From positions 24,078 to 88,077 of the forward strand of contig JAPLGD010000068.1 in the NCBI GenBank assembly GCA_026390345.1: a DNA stretch of 64,000 nt, in the 5' to 3' direction. The notes under the pieces were generated by a model, which worked only from the letters and a program-made list of their open reading frames with translations, had not been told where the DNA came from and made no database searches. Of the stretch, positions 9,691 to 20,125 are shown piece after piece. How positions within the stretch are numbered: position 1 is the stretch's first letter; the number at the start of each line of letters is the position of its first letter. Made by a program: the position numbers and the translations under genes. The stretch comes from Candidatus Bipolaricaulota bacterium. GTDB lineage: Bacteria; Bipolaricaulota; Bipolaricaulia; UBA7950; UBA9294.

Positions 9691-10932
9691 ATGAAACCCG
9701 CAGTGGAGATCCGCGAGTACCGACCGAGCGAGGACGCCGACGCCTGCCGCCGCACGTGGAACGAGAGCGGCTGGGTGGACGGCGCGAAGAACGAGGAAGC
9801 CTTCCGCCTGTTCGCCGAGAGCGCCCGGTCCGTCGTCGGCGTGGTGGACGGATCGGCCGAGTGCCTGGTCAACGTCCATTCGGGGTCGCTCCGCTACCTC
9901 GACCTCGACATCCCGCTCGCCTGCGTGACCGGAGTCACGACGAGCCGCATCGTGCGTCGGCAGGGTCTGGCCGGCCGCAGCACCGCGTGGGCGCTCGCCG
10001 CGGAGGCGATCGCGGGGACTCCCGTCGCGGCGCTCGGCGTCTTCGAACAGGGGTTCTACAACCGGCTCGGATTCGGCAACGGTCCCTACGAGACCTGGTG
10101 CACGTTCGACCCGGCGCAGCTCGTGGTGCACTCGACGCCCAGGATCCCGGCGCGCCTCACATCAGCAGATTGGGAGGCCGTCCATGCGAGCCGCCTCCGG
10201 CGCCGCCGCTGGCACGGCGCCGCCACCATCCTGTCCGGCGAGCTGACTCGCGCCGACATGCTGTGGGGCGAGAAGTCGTTCGGTCTCGGATACCGCGATG
10301 AGACCGGCGCCCTCACGCACCACATCTGGTGCTCGACTGAGAAACCACGCCGTGGTCCGTACTCCGTCGACTGGATGGCCTTCCGCACGCGCGAGGAATT
10401 CCACGAGCTCCTCGCCCTGATCCACAGCCTCGCCGACCAGATCCACTCGATCGAGATCCATGAACCTCCGGGCCTGCAACTGCAGGACCTGCTCCGGCAG
10501 CCGTTCAAGGGCCGCCGGATGACCGAGGCGTCGCCCCACGTCCAGCGCATGTCATCAAGCGCCTATTGGCAACTGCGAATCCTCGACCTCCATCGCACGC
10601 TCGCCGTGACGCACCTGCCTGCCGGACCGGTGCGCTTCAACCTCGAGCTCTCCGATCCGATCGAGAGTGCGCTTCCTGCGCGCTCGCCGTGGCGAGGCGT
10701 TGCAGGCTCGTACGTCGTCACGTTGGGTCCCGAGAGCGGCGCCGAGCGCGGCGCGAATCCAGCGCTCGCGACACTGCGAGCGTCTGTCAACGCGTTCTCA
10801 CGCACATGGCTCGGCGTTCGGTCACCGACCAGCCTCTCCTGGACGGACGACCTCGAAGCGCCGCCCGCTCTCCTTGGGAGCCTCGATCGAGCCCTCTGCC
10901 TGCCGGCGCCGGCGTGCGACTGGGATTACTGA
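9691..10932 (+). CDS. Eis-like GNAT acetyltransferase with C-terminal SCP2-like domain
   Basis: VTTSRIVRRQGLAG acetyl-CoA motif, FYNRLGFG, ~410-aa Eis-like length. Confidence 0.7.
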   Translation: MKPAVEIREYRPSEDADACRRTWNESGWVDGAKNEEAFRLFAESARSVVGVVDGSAECLVNVHSGSLRYLDLDIPLACVTGVTTSRIVRRQGLAGRSTAWALAAEAIAGTPVAALGVFEQGFYNRLGFGNGPYETWCTFDPAQLVVHSTPRIPARLTSADWEAVHASRLRRRRWHGAATILSGELTRADMLWGEKSFGLGYRDETGALTHHIWCSTEKPRRGPYSVDWMAFRTREEFHELLALIHSLADQIHSIEIHEPPGLQLQDLLRQPFKGRRMTEASPHVQRMSSSAYWQLRILDLHRTLAVTHLPAGPVRFNLELSDPIESALPARSPWRGVAGSYVVTLGPESGAERGANPALATLRASVNAFSRTWLGVRSPTSLSWTDDLEAPPALLGSLDRALCLPAPACDWDY

Positions 10933-10977
10933 CCGGGCACGACGGTGAACCGCTGGCTCTGACGCTGCGACTCACCT

Positions 10978-11118
10978 ATGATGATGGGCCGAGGTTTCCA
11001 TCTTGTGAATGAGAAGAGAGATTTCGCCGATGGAGGTCTCCATCTCGTGGACGAGAAGAGAAGGTTCGTCGATGGCGGGCTCCACCTCTTCGACGCAGAA
11101 GGGAGGGTTCACTCATGA
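10978..11118 (+). CDS. Unannotated 46-aa peptide of three 14-aa repeats
   Basis: MMMGRGFHLVNEKRDFADGGLHLVDEKRRFVDGGLHLFDAEGRVHS. 42-bp period with several synonymous differences; its TGA overlaps the next ATG (ATGA). Confidence 0.45.
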   Translation: MMMGRGFHLVNEKRDFADGGLHLVDEKRRFVDGGLHLFDAEGRVHS

Positions 11119-11345
11119 GGGTATTGCGAGGAGTTATCTCCGGAGGCGGCATTGCGGCGTTCTTCTTCTTCAGCTGGGTCATCGAGGCGCTCTGGAACAG
11201 CATCTTGGTCGACCAGCTCGGCCTCGTCGCGGTGAAGGTGAACTACTGGCAAGCGGCCGCGTTGTGGTTCCTGTCGATCATCTTCTTCGCCGGAGCCGGA
11301 ATCGTCGCGTCGCCGCGCGTACGAAGGTGGTGGAGGAGCGACTAG
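11115..11345 (+). CDS. Small membrane protein (2 TM)
   Basis: 76 aa, hydrophobic, ALWN...INYWQA-like motif, GGGAGG RBS. Confidence 0.7.
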   Translation: MRVLRGVISGGGIAAFFFFSWVIEALWNSILVDQLGLVAVKVNYWQAAALWFLSIIFFAGAGIVASPRVRRWWRSD

Positions 11346-11478
11346 CGTCCCGCTCGGATCCAAACGGCAGCTCGAAGGGCACGGCCCGGCCGTCGACCCG
11401 GCCGCGTCATGCGCCAAGAGGAGCCTGACTCTGAACTCCAACTCCGCACACAGCGCCTGGGCCGAGCTTCGTCCCCTG

Positions 11479-12024
11479 ATGGACGAACGCTTCGTCATTC
11501 TCGACACCGAGACCACGGGCCTCCTTGCGCCGGAACTCGTCTCGGTCGCCGTCGTCGACTGCCGCGGGCGAACGGTGCTGTCCGAGACGGTTCGCCCGGC
11601 GAAGCCGATCGAACCGGAGGCGAGCCGCATTTCCGGAATCACGATGGAATCGGTTGCGGACCGACCGGAGTTCCCGGCCGTCGCCGCCGACGTCTCTCAA
11701 GCCCTTGACGGCCGGCTCGTGGTCATCTACAACGCCGCCTACGACACGCAGGTGCTCCGCAATACGTGTGCTCGTTACGGGATCGAGGTTCCCGCCTTTC
11801 GCCCCTGGTGTGCAATGGAGTGGTTTGCGCGCCTGTACGGCGAATGGGACGAAGGTCGCGGCGCCTACATTTGGCAGTCGCTGTCGAAGGCAGCTACGTA
11901 CTTCGGCGTCGTCCAAGAATCGGCGCACAGTGCCGTCGCGGACTGCCTCACGACGTGGAAGATCCTCGAGGAGGCCTTCCGGCGCTCCGGCCTGCGGGTT
12001 CCCGGCATGGAGCCGCTTCTCTAG
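11479..12024 (+). CDS. DEDDh 3'-5' exonuclease
   Basis: ILDTETTG, YNAAYD, AHSAVADC. Confidence 0.9.
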   Translation: MDERFVILDTETTGLLAPELVSVAVVDCRGRTVLSETVRPAKPIEPEASRISGITMESVADRPEFPAVAADVSQALDGRLVVIYNAAYDTQVLRNTCARYGIEVPAFRPWCAMEWFARLYGEWDEGRGAYIWQSLSKAATYFGVVQESAHSAVADCLTTWKILEEAFRRSGLRVPGMEPLL

Positions 12025-12099
12025 GCCTGCGGCTCGTCGCGGCGGCGGTGATCGGCGCCCGCACTGCTCGTATACTCGGATTCTCAAGGAGGAGCGACC

Positions 12100-12570
12100 A
12101 TGGAGAAGAGGCTCTACAGGAGTCGAGCCGACTCGATGCTCGGAGGGGTCTGCGGCGGGCTCGCCGCGTACTTCAGCGTGGACGTCACCCTCATCCGCCT
12201 CTTGTTCGTCCTCTTCGCCGTTGCCACGGGAGTCGGGATCCTCGCGTACTTCATCCTTTGGCTCGTCGTCCCCGTCGAAGGGCAGTCGTCCACGGACCTC
12301 GGAGAGCGGATCCACGAAGGGGCCGAGGAGATCGCCAACCGCGCCCGGACGATGAGCGAGGACCTGCGGTCGCCCGACGGGTCGCGCCACTCGGGGGCCA
12401 CCGTCGTGATTGCCCTCGTGCTGATTCTGATCGGCGTCGTCTTCCTGTTGCGCAACGTGGGCGTATCGTGGGCCCGATGGATCAGACTGGGAATCCTGTG
12501 GCCGATCCTTCCGATCGGCCTCGGCGTAGCCCTCTTGTGGCGGCGTCTGCAAGGAGGAGGATCGAAGTGA
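12100..12570 (+). CDS. PspC domain membrane protein
   Basis: [23 protein letters not shown]...[26 protein letters not shown] -10 at 12071. Confidence 0.9.
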   Translation: MEKRLYRSRADSMLGGVCGGLAAYFSVDVTLIRLLFVLFAVATGVGILAYFILWLVVPVEGQSSTDLGERIHEGAEEIANRARTMSEDLRSPDGSRHSGATVVIALVLILIGVVFLLRNVGVSWARWIRLGILWPILPIGLGVALLWRRLQGGGSK

Positions 12571-12758
12571 GCCCTCGACGCCTTAGCGAGTTTGTCCTTC
12601 CGCTTCTCGTCCTTGGAGCGGGGATTGTGCTTCTCTTGAACACGCTCGACGTCGTCTCGTGGGCCGTGTGGGAGGACATCGCCCGGTTCTGGCCCGTCCT
12701 CCTGATCGCCATCGGATTGGGCGCGCTCCTCCGCGGAGTGAGAGGAGGCTCGCCGTGA
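12567..12758 (+). CDS. Small DUF5668/LiaF-type membrane protein (63 aa)
   Basis: GIVLLLNTL...[13 protein letters not shown] start overlaps the pspC stop, AGGAGG RBS. Confidence 0.75.
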   Translation: MSPRRLSEFVLPLLVLGAGIVLLLNTLDVVSWAVWEDIARFWPVLLIAIGLGALLRGVRGGSP

Positions 12759-13675
12759 CAGGTCGAGCGCTTCGAGGATCGCTCCTCATCCCTCTCGTTC
12801 TCATCGCGTTCGGGGTCGTCGTCCTCCTCGTCAACTTCGGGGTGCTCGACGCGCGAGAGACCTGGCACGTTGTCCTGCGAGGTTGGCCGATTGTGATCAT
12901 CCTGCTCGGGCTGGATCTCGTCCTGTCCAGGGCATCGGCGGGGCACGCGTTCGGCGTGCTCGTTCTCGTGTGTGTCATCGCGGCCGCCGCGTTCGCCGCC
13001 GTGAACTTCGCCGCTCCCGCACACTGGATCACGCAGACCGTTCAGGTCCACGAGCCGCTCCCGACGGCATCCGCCGTGGAGATCACGGCGGCGTGCCCCG
13101 AGTGCTCGATGACCCTGAGCGGAGGGGCTTCCCGCGACCGCCTTGTCGAGGGATCCGCGGAGGTCCGTTGGCTGGACCGCTTCGCGCGGACGTCGGAAGC
13201 GGACGGAACGACGTTCCGCCTCGAGCTTCAGGGCAAATCCCGCCTTCCGTTCACGGTTCGCTCCTTGCGCGACCGACCCGTCTGGAACCTTCGCGTCGCG
13301 GACGAGGTGGCGATGACGGTCTCGGTCTCCGGAGCCCGGTGCGACGTCGACCTCACGAAGTCAAACGTCGCCACGCTCTACGTCCGGGCCGACGGGGAGG
13401 CCTCGATCCGCTTGTCCAAGGTTCGAGCGAGCACCGTCTACGTCACCGCGGAATCCGTGCGCATCGAGGTTCCCGGGGACGTCGGGCTTGTCGTCGAGGG
13501 AACCGACGCCGTCGGTCAGCTTCTCGTCCCGGACGACTACACACGCGGCGCGACCTCCGTGGCCTCGCCGCAGGCAGACGCGGCGCGCGTTCGCACGCGC
13601 ATCGTCATCCTCCCGGGAGCCGAGCGCGTGGAGATCGTGCCGGCCGGCACGGACGCGACAACGCCGAAGACGTAG
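12755..13675 (+). CDS. DUF5668 N-terminal membrane protein with extracytoplasmic beta-rich domain (LiaF/LiaG-like)
   Basis: LIAFGVVVLLVNFG...WPIVIILLGL, then a beta-rich domain. GTG overlaps the previous stop. Confidence 0.7.
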   Translation: MTGRALRGSLLIPLVLIAFGVVVLLVNFGVLDARETWHVVLRGWPIVIILLGLDLVLSRASAGHAFGVLVLVCVIAAAAFAAVNFAAPAHWITQTVQVHEPLPTASAVEITAACPECSMTLSGGASRDRLVEGSAEVRWLDRFARTSEADGTTFRLELQGKSRLPFTVRSLRDRPVWNLRVADEVAMTVSVSGARCDVDLTKSNVATLYVRADGEASIRLSKVRASTVYVTAESVRIEVPGDVGLVVEGTDAVGQLLVPDDYTRGATSVASPQADAARVRTRIVILPGAERVEIVPAGTDATTPKT

Positions 13676-13688
13676 CTGCGCCCTCACT

Positions 13689-14138
13689 CTACGGCTGAGG
13701 CTTCCAGAACTGCCAGAACTTCCGTGCGACGAGGTCGGCGCGGACTTCGCCCTTCGCCACGACGACGCGGAAGTCCATGATGTAGCTTCGTCCCGTCCGC
13801 ACATCGGCGATCCGGCAGACCGCGGAGGCCCGTCCGCTGATGTCCCCGCTTGTGAGGTTCAACTCTACGTTGCCGAGGCTCAGCCGCGCGGCGGTCAGTG
13901 CGAGGACCACGTCCGCTGAGCCCTCGTCCGAGACGATGCGGATGTCGCGTTCCCCTAGCTTGACGCGCAGCGCGGCCTCGAGGTCCAGAGCCCCGGTTGG
14001 AGCCGGCTCGTTCCCCACCCTGAGGGCGACGGTGCGCACGCCGGCGAGCGGATCCGGCGCCGGCCAGAGGAGTACAACCGCGACGATCGCCGCAACAGCG
14101 ACCACAGCACCTACAACCTGCCATCCCCGCTTCGTCAT
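13689..14138 (-). CDS. Hypothetical membrane-anchored protein
   Basis: N-terminal TM (VVGAVVAVAAIVAVVLLW), AGGAGG RBS, C-terminal KFWQFWK. Confidence 0.65.
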   Translation of the reverse strand: MTKRGWQVVGAVVAVAAIVAVVLLWPAPDPLAGVRTVALRVGNEPAPTGALDLEAALRVKLGERDIRIVSDEGSADVVLALTAARLSLGNVELNLTSGDISGRASAVCRIADVRTGRSYIMDFRVVVAKGEVRADLVARKFWQFWKPQP

Positions 14139-14300
14139 GCGCCCTCCTGCGTTTCCGTGAATCTCCTTCGATCGTACCGCGCGCGGCCGAGAGACGAAAG
14201 GCACCTGCACTCGGAGCTCGCTTGATCGCCCGCCGGTCTTCGCGTAAGGTCCCCAAACCAACGCTGGGGATGCAAGCAGGCGTCGTTCGAAAGGGGAGCC

Positions 14301-15032
14301 GTGGCCAACCGGCAGGATCGATCGAAGTCCCGCCGACGATGGCTCGCCATTCTCCTCGCCACGGGAGTCGCCGCGGTCGGAGCCCTCGTCTACCTCTTCG
14401 CCTTCAGTCCCCTCGCGCCGAACCCCCCGGCTGTCTACCAGGAGCCGACGAGCGCTCACGCGCTCTCACCGGAGACAGTGCCTATCGAAGAAGAGGCGCA
14501 CCGGGCCACGGTCGCAGATGCGCCGACGGCTCAAACACCCTCGACGTCGACCCCCGTTGCTGACACTCCTTCCGCGCCTTCGCCCGCAACCGTCGAGGAG
14601 CCTCCCGTCGGGTACGCACGTGGAAGCCGCGCGCCCGACTTCACGCTGCGCTCCTTGGACGGTGAGTCGATCACGCTGTCCAATTACCGAGGACACATCG
14701 TGATTCTCGACTTCTGGGCAAGCTGGTGCGGGCCGTGCCGCACCTCGATGCCCGCTCTGCATGCCCTGTGGGAAGGCTACCGCGACCGCGGCGTGGTCCT
14801 CATCGGGATCAGCCTCGACCGCATCGAGAGCGACGCACGAACGTACCTACGAGCAAACAACTTCGACGGGATGATCGCCCTGTGGGAGTCCGTCACGGCG
14901 TCGCAGGCCGTGGCCCGGGCCTACGGCGTCGCCGGGATCCCCAGGACGCTTGTGATCGACGCCGACGGGATCGTCCGATTTGCTGGGCACCCCGCCACGC
15001 TCTCCGTCGACCTCATTGACCTGTATCTGTAG
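14301..15032 (+). CDS. TlpA/ResA-like thiol-disulfide oxidoreductase, membrane-anchored
   Basis: APDFTL, DFWASWCGPC, GIPRT; N-terminal TM and a Pro/Thr/Ala linker. Confidence 0.9.
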   Translation: MANRQDRSKSRRRWLAILLATGVAAVGALVYLFAFSPLAPNPPAVYQEPTSAHALSPETVPIEEEAHRATVADAPTAQTPSTSTPVADTPSAPSPATVEEPPVGYARGSRAPDFTLRSLDGESITLSNYRGHIVILDFWASWCGPCRTSMPALHALWEGYRDRGVVLIGISLDRIESDARTYLRANNFDGMIALWESVTASQAVARAYGVAGIPRTLVIDADGIVRFAGHPATLSVDLIDLYL

Positions 15033-15111
15033 CCATAGGCCGCCCCCGGGGTCGGGTATACTCCGCCCATCTTGGTTCCGTCGCCCATTCTCGGCGACGC
15101 AAGGGGGCACG

Positions 15112-16602
15112 TTGGACACGCTGACCACGTATCGAAGCATCGTGGGCGACATGGGCAAGCTCGCCTCCGCCCTGAGTCTCCTCGGATGGGACCAGCAGAC
15201 GCACATGCCGACCAAGGGCGTCGCGATCCGTTCTCAGGTCACGGGAAAGCTCAGCAAGATGCAGTTTGAGCTCCTCACCTCCGACGAGCTCGGGACATGC
15301 CTCGCGGAGCTCCGGACCGCCAACGGACTCAGCGAGCTCGAGCGGGCGAGCGTCCGCCGCGTCGGGAAGGACCACGATCGGAACCGCGCGATCCCCGCGG
15401 AGCTGATCGAGGAGCAGAGCATCGCGCAGACCCAAGCGCAGACCGCGTGGATCGCGGCCCGGCAGGCCTCCGACTTCGGAGCCTTCCGGCCGCACCTCGA
15501 GAAAATGGTGGGCTACGCGCGCAAGTTCGCCGAGTACTACGGCTACGAAGAACACCCCTACGACGCCCTGCTGGAGGACTATGAGCCTGGCATGACGTGC
15601 CGGAAGCTCAAGGCCATCATCGAGCCCCTACGCGCCGAACTCGTCCCGTTCCTCCGACAACTGATGGAGAAGGGAACGCGACCGGACGCGTCGCTCCTCG
15701 ACGGCACGTTCGACGCAGAAACGCAGCGCCGTCTCTGCCGACGCGCCCTCGAGGTCATTCGCTACGATTTCGAGGCTGGGGGTCTCGCCGACGTCGCTCA
15801 CCCGTTCACGACGACGATCGGTCCGGGCGACGTCCGCATCACGAACCGCTACCTCGAGGCGCACCTCCTGTCGAGCGTGTTTGGTGCCCTCCACGAGGGC
15901 GGGCACGCGCTCTACAACCAGGGAATGCCAGAGGAGTTGTACGCCCTCGGCATCGCTCGCGGGTCGTCGAACGGGATCCACGAATCCCAGTCGCGGATGA
16001 TCGAGAATCAGGTCGGACGGAGCCTGCCGTTCTGGACCTTCTTCCAGCCCGTTCTCGCCGAGTTCTTCCCCCAGTTCAAGAAGGCGAAAGCGAAGGACCT
16101 GTACGCCGCCGCGAACGTCGTTTCCCCGTCGCTCATCCGCGTTGAAGCGGACGAGGTTACGTATAACTTCCACATCATGGTGCGGTTCGAGATTGAGGCG
16201 GGACTCCTCGACGGCTCGATCGACGTCGCCGACCTGCCACGGCTGTGGAATGACGCGATGAAGCGCTACCTCGGCGTGGTTCCCCCGAACGACGCACAGG
16301 GAGTCCTCCAGGACGTGCACTGGTCGATGGGCTACTTCGGCTACTTCCCGTCGTACATGCTCGGGAACCTCTACGCGGCCCAGATGTTCCGCACCCTCCG
16401 CAAGGAACTCCCGACGCTCGACAAGTCGATCCAGGCCGGCAACTTCGAGCCGCTCCTCGGATGGCTACGCGAGAAGGTCCACCGGTACGGCGCAGCGTAC
16501 GAGCCCCAGGAACTCATGAAGCGGATCACCGGCCACGAACTCGACGGTTCGCACTTCGTCAGCTACGTGACCGAGAAGTACGGGGCGATCTACAGACTCT
16601 AG
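15112..16602 (+). CDS. Carboxypeptidase, M32 family
   Basis: HPF, DVRIT, HEGGH, HESQS, IRVEADE, QDVHW, GYFPSY. TTG start after AAGGGGG. Confidence 0.93.
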   Translation: MDTLTTYRSIVGDMGKLASALSLLGWDQQTHMPTKGVAIRSQVTGKLSKMQFELLTSDELGTCLAELRTANGLSELERASVRRVGKDHDRNRAIPAELIEEQSIAQTQAQTAWIAARQASDFGAFRPHLEKMVGYARKFAEYYGYEEHPYDALLEDYEPGMTCRKLKAIIEPLRAELVPFLRQLMEKGTRPDASLLDGTFDAETQRRLCRRALEVIRYDFEAGGLADVAHPFTTTIGPGDVRITNRYLEAHLLSSVFGALHEGGHALYNQGMPEELYALGIARGSSNGIHESQSRMIENQVGRSLPFWTFFQPVLAEFFPQFKKAKAKDLYAAANVVSPSLIRVEADEVTYNFHIMVRFEIEAGLLDGSIDVADLPRLWNDAMKRYLGVVPPNDAQGVLQDVHWSMGYFGYFPSYMLGNLYAAQMFRTLRKELPTLDKSIQAGNFEPLLGWLREKVHRYGAAYEPQELMKRITGHELDGSHFVSYVTEKYGAIYRL

Positions 16603-16608
16603 CGGAGG

Positions 16609-16645
16609 AACCCGGGCCGGGCCCGCTCGGTGCCCGACCCGGCTC
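16609..16645. terminator. GC hairpin between convergent genes
   Basis: CCGGGCCGGGC...GCCCGACCCGG imperfect inverted repeat. Confidence 0.4.
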
Positions 16646-16654
16646 CCTCTGCCT

Positions 16655-17326
16655 CTACTCGTCGTCTTCGCGGGGTGTGCCCCGTCGATGCCCGCGGCGG
16701 TCGGGCCGCCCGCGCGGCGCTCTCTGCGCCTTGCGCGCCGAGATCGGCAACTCCTGCTTCCGCGTCGTCTTCGCCTTCTCTGTGCAGAGCGCCACGAGCG
16801 CGTCGTGAATCGTTTCAAGCTGGTACTCGCGCGTCCTCTGAGTCACGGGGATGAGGTCGACCGTCGCCGCGCCGAGCTGCCTCGCCAGCCGCTCCATCGT
16901 GGCAAGGCATGACACCGCTCCGTTCCCGGAGCCGCCCGCCGCGGCTACACAGATCGTCGGCTTCTCCGCGAGCGCGCTCGCCGCACTCTCCGACTTCGTC
17001 GCTTCGCAGCGACGCAGCCGATCGAAGAACGCCTTGAACGCCTCGCTCGGCTCGCCGAAGTACACCGGGGTGACCCACACGAACGCCTCCGCCTCACCGA
17101 ACATCGCGTGCAGCTCTTCGAAGTCGTCCTCCAATCGGCATTCGTGCTTCGTCTTGCACGGTCCCCAACCGTCGGCGCACACAGCGCACCGCTCGATCAT
17201 GTAGCTCGGCAGGTTGACCACGCGCGCCGGACACCGGCCGTCCACAACCCCCTGCCGTGCCGCTTCTCCGCACGCAGCGGTCAGGCCAGCCTCGTTCGGG
17301 CTAGACGTGATGACAAGAACCTTCAT
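16655..17326 (-). CDS. Flavodoxin-like iron-sulfur flavoprotein
   Basis: SSPNxxGxT, CX2CX5CX5C, TPVYFG, FFDRL. Confidence 0.85.
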   Translation of the reverse strand: MKVLVITSSPNEAGLTAACGEAARQGVVDGRCPARVVNLPSYMIERCAVCADGWGPCKTKHECRLEDDFEELHAMFGEAEAFVWVTPVYFGEPSEAFKAFFDRLRRCEATKSESAASALAEKPTICVAAAGGSGNGAVSCLATMERLARQLGAATVDLIPVTQRTREYQLETIHDALVALCTEKAKTTRKQELPISARKAQRAPRGRPDRRGHRRGTPREDDE

Positions 17327-19656
17327 CGCTCTCCTTTCGGCCGTCGCTCACACACGAGCGCCTCAAGCACTCGTTCCGGCGTGAACGGCGTCCGCCGCAG
17401 GCGGATGCCTACGGCGTCGTAGATCGCGTTCGCGATCGTAGGGATGGGCCCGTTGATCCCGATCTCACCCACCGACTTGGCGCCCATCGGTCCCGTCGGC
17501 TCGTACGATCCCACCAGGATCACGTCAAGGTTCGGAACGTCGAGGGCCCCGGGAATCTTGTAGTCGAAGAGAGACGGGTTTCGCACCCGCCCCGTCGAGC
17601 TGAACAGCATCTCCTCGCTGAGAGCGTAGCCGATCCCGTTGACGATCGCCCCCTCCATCTGACCCTCCGCCATGAGGGGGTTGATCGCGACTCCGCAGTC
17701 CACGGCGGCCACGTAGTGTACGACCTTCACCCGCCCCGTCTCCACGTCCACGGCGACCTCAGCAAAGTTGGCCAGGAACGGCGGCGGGGACTCACTGGGG
17801 ACGCACGACGCCGTCGCCGCGATCTGGAACTGGTCCGACGAGTACATCGCTCGCCGACACACCTCGGCCAGCGAAACCCGCGCCCCCGCAGGGCCGACGG
17901 CGTGCTCGCCGACCAGCCGCAGGCTCTCGACGGACGCCTTCAGCATTGGCGCGGCCACCGACAGGATCTGGCCGCGCACTCCTTCCGCGGCCCGCTGGAC
18001 GGCCATCCCCGACACGTACGTCGTCGACGACGCGTACGCGCCGACGTCGAACGGGGTCAAGTCCGTGTCGGAGGACGTCACGATCATGCGCGACGCGGGA
18101 ACGCCGAGCACCTCGGCGGCAATCTGCGCGAGGATCGTGTCCGACCCGGTTCCGATATCGGTCGCCCCGACAAGCAGGTTGAACGACCCATCCTCGTTCA
18201 TCTTGATCGTCGCCGCGGCCATGTCGATCTGCGGGATTCCCGAGCCCTGCATCATGATCGACATTCCGACGCCGTGAACCCACGGCCCCTCGCGGCGCCG
18301 GGCTCCGCGCTTCTCACGCCAGCCGATTCGCTCGGCGCCGACCGCGATGCACCGCTCGAGCTCGCAGCTCTTGACCGTCTGCGAAACGCCCTCGCGTCCC
18401 TCTCCGAGCTTTTCGAAAATCGGCGATGTCTCTCCTACCCGGATGTGGTTTCGACGCCGCAACTCGATCGGGTCGAGGCCGAGGCGTTCCGAGAGCTCGT
18501 CCATCGCCGTCTCGAGCGGGAAGTACCCTTGCGTCGCACCGTAGCCGCGGTAGGCTCCCGGAACCGGGAGGTTCGTGTACACCGCCTGCCCGTAGAAGTG
18601 GGCGTTCTTCGCCTTGTTGTAGAGCGGCAGTGTCTTCGAACCGGTGTTGGCGAGCACGGTCAAGCCGTGCGCTCCGTATGCCCCCGTGTTCGACGTCGCC
18701 TCCATCTCGATCGCGTGGAGCACGCCGTCCTTGTTCGCACCAAGCTTCACGCGAACGCGCATCGGATGGCGGGTCCGCGCCGCGACGAACTCCTCCGCGC
18801 GCGACAGGCTGAGGAACGCGGCGCGTCCCGTCCGGAGCGTCACCCAGCCCGCGATGTCCTCGAGCAGGACCTCTTGCTTCGTGCCGAATCCCCCGCCGAC
18901 GCGCGGCTTGATCACCCGGATCCGTTGGATCGGGATCCCTAGCGTCTGTGCGACGATGCGCCGAACGTGGAACGGGACCTGCGTGCTCGTCCGTAGAACA
19001 AGCCGATCGTCGCTGTCGAGGTAGCTGTGGACGACGTGGGTCTCGATCGGCGTGTGTTGGGCGTACTGCGTCTCGCACGTCGTCTCCACGACCACGTCCG
19101 ACTCTACGAATCCACGCTCGACGTCGCCCACGTCAATGTCCACATCGGCGACGATGTTTCGTGCGGCTTCGTAAATCCCCGTCGAGTCCCCCTCGTCGTG
19201 AATGACGGGGGCCCCCTCGGCTCTCGCCTCGTCGATCGAGAGCACCGCCGGCAGTTCTTCGTACGTGACCCGGATCGCCCGCAAGGCCTCCTCCGCCGCC
19301 TCCTCTGTCTCCGCCGCCACCGCCGCGACGCGATCACCAACGAAGCGCACCTTCGTGTCGAACATCCGCGCGTCGTAGGGCGACGGTTCCGGATAGCCCT
19401 GGCCCGCCGTCGTGTGCCTTGTCGAAGGCGTGTTCTCGTACGTCAGGATCGCGATCACACCGGGGATCTGCGCCGCCGCGGAGCTGTCGATTCGGACGAT
19501 GCGGGCGTGCGCGTGAGGGCTCCCAAGGATCTTGACGTAGAGCACGTCCGACAGGTCAACGTCAGCGACGAATTTCGGTTTCCCTTTGACGAGACCGACG
19601 CCGTCGACCTTGCGGACGCTTTGCCCGACGACGACAAACGACTCTCGCTCAGCCAT
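17323..19656 (-). CDS. Xanthine dehydrogenase family molybdopterin-binding subunit (XdhD-like)
   Basis: SPHAHARI, STQVP, GGGFGTKQ, AYRGYG, GQMEG, GAKSVGE. Confidence 0.93.
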   Translation of the reverse strand: MAERESFVVVGQSVRKVDGVGLVKGKPKFVADVDLSDVLYVKILGSPHAHARIVRIDSSAAAQIPGVIAILTYENTPSTRHTTAGQGYPEPSPYDARMFDTKVRFVGDRVAAVAAETEEAAEEALRAIRVTYEELPAVLSIDEARAEGAPVIHDEGDSTGIYEAARNIVADVDIDVGDVERGFVESDVVVETTCETQYAQHTPIETHVVHSYLDSDDRLVLRTSTQVPFHVRRIVAQTLGIPIQRIRVIKPRVGGGFGTKQEVLLEDIAGWVTLRTGRAAFLSLSRAEEFVAARTRHPMRVRVKLGANKDGVLHAIEMEATSNTGAYGAHGLTVLANTGSKTLPLYNKAKNAHFYGQAVYTNLPVPGAYRGYGATQGYFPLETAMDELSERLGLDPIELRRRNHIRVGETSPIFEKLGEGREGVSQTVKSCELERCIAVGAERIGWREKRGARRREGPWVHGVGMSIMMQGSGIPQIDMAAATIKMNEDGSFNLLVGATDIGTGSDTILAQIAAEVLGVPASRMIVTSSDTDLTPFDVGAYASSTTYVSGMAVQRAAEGVRGQILSVAAPMLKASVESLRLVGEHAVGPAGARVSLAEVCRRAMYSSDQFQIAATASCVPSESPPPFLANFAEVAVDVETGRVKVVHYVAAVDCGVAINPLMAEGQMEGAIVNGIGYALSEEMLFSSTGRVRNPSLFDYKIPGALDVPNLDVILVGSYEPTGPMGAKSVGEIGINGPIPTIANAIYDAVGIRLRRTPFTPERVLEALVCERRPKGER

Positions 19657-20125
19657 TCCGTCCGCTCCTCATCCGCTCGGCCGCCGTTTGGACCGCCCGG
19701 ATCTGCTTCACGTATCCGGTGCAGCGACACAGATTGCCCGAGATCGCCTCGCGGATCTCCCCCTCGCTCGGGGTCGGGTTCCGAGACAGGAGGTCGTACG
19801 CGGAGAGAACCATGCCCGGCGTGCAGTACCCGCACTGCACCGCGCCTTCGTCGAGGAACGCCTCCTGGATCGGGTGGAGCGCGTCGCCGTTCGCAAGCCC
19901 TTCGATCGTCAGGATCGCTCTCTTCTCCGCCTTCGCCGCCAGGACGAGGCACGCGTTGACCGCGCGGCCGTCGAGGAGCACGGTGCACGCTCCGCAATCC
20001 CCCGACCCGCACCCCTTCTTGACGCCTACGTGCCCCGCGCGGCGTAGGACCTCGAGCAGCGTGTCTCCCGGGTTCGCATCGACGACGCGGCGCGCGCCGT
20101 TGATCGTCAGTTCGAGGCTCGTCAT
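19649..20125 (-). CDS. (2Fe-2S)-binding subunit of a Mo-hydroxylase
   Basis: [27 protein letters not shown]. Confidence 0.95.
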   Translation of the reverse strand: MTSLELTINGARRVVDANPGDTLLEVLRRAGHVGVKKGCGSGDCGACTVLLDGRAVNACLVLAAKAEKRAILTIEGLANGDALHPIQEAFLDEGAVQCGYCTPGMVLSAYDLLSRNPTPSEGEIREAISGNLCRCTGYVKQIRAVQTAAERMRSGRNG

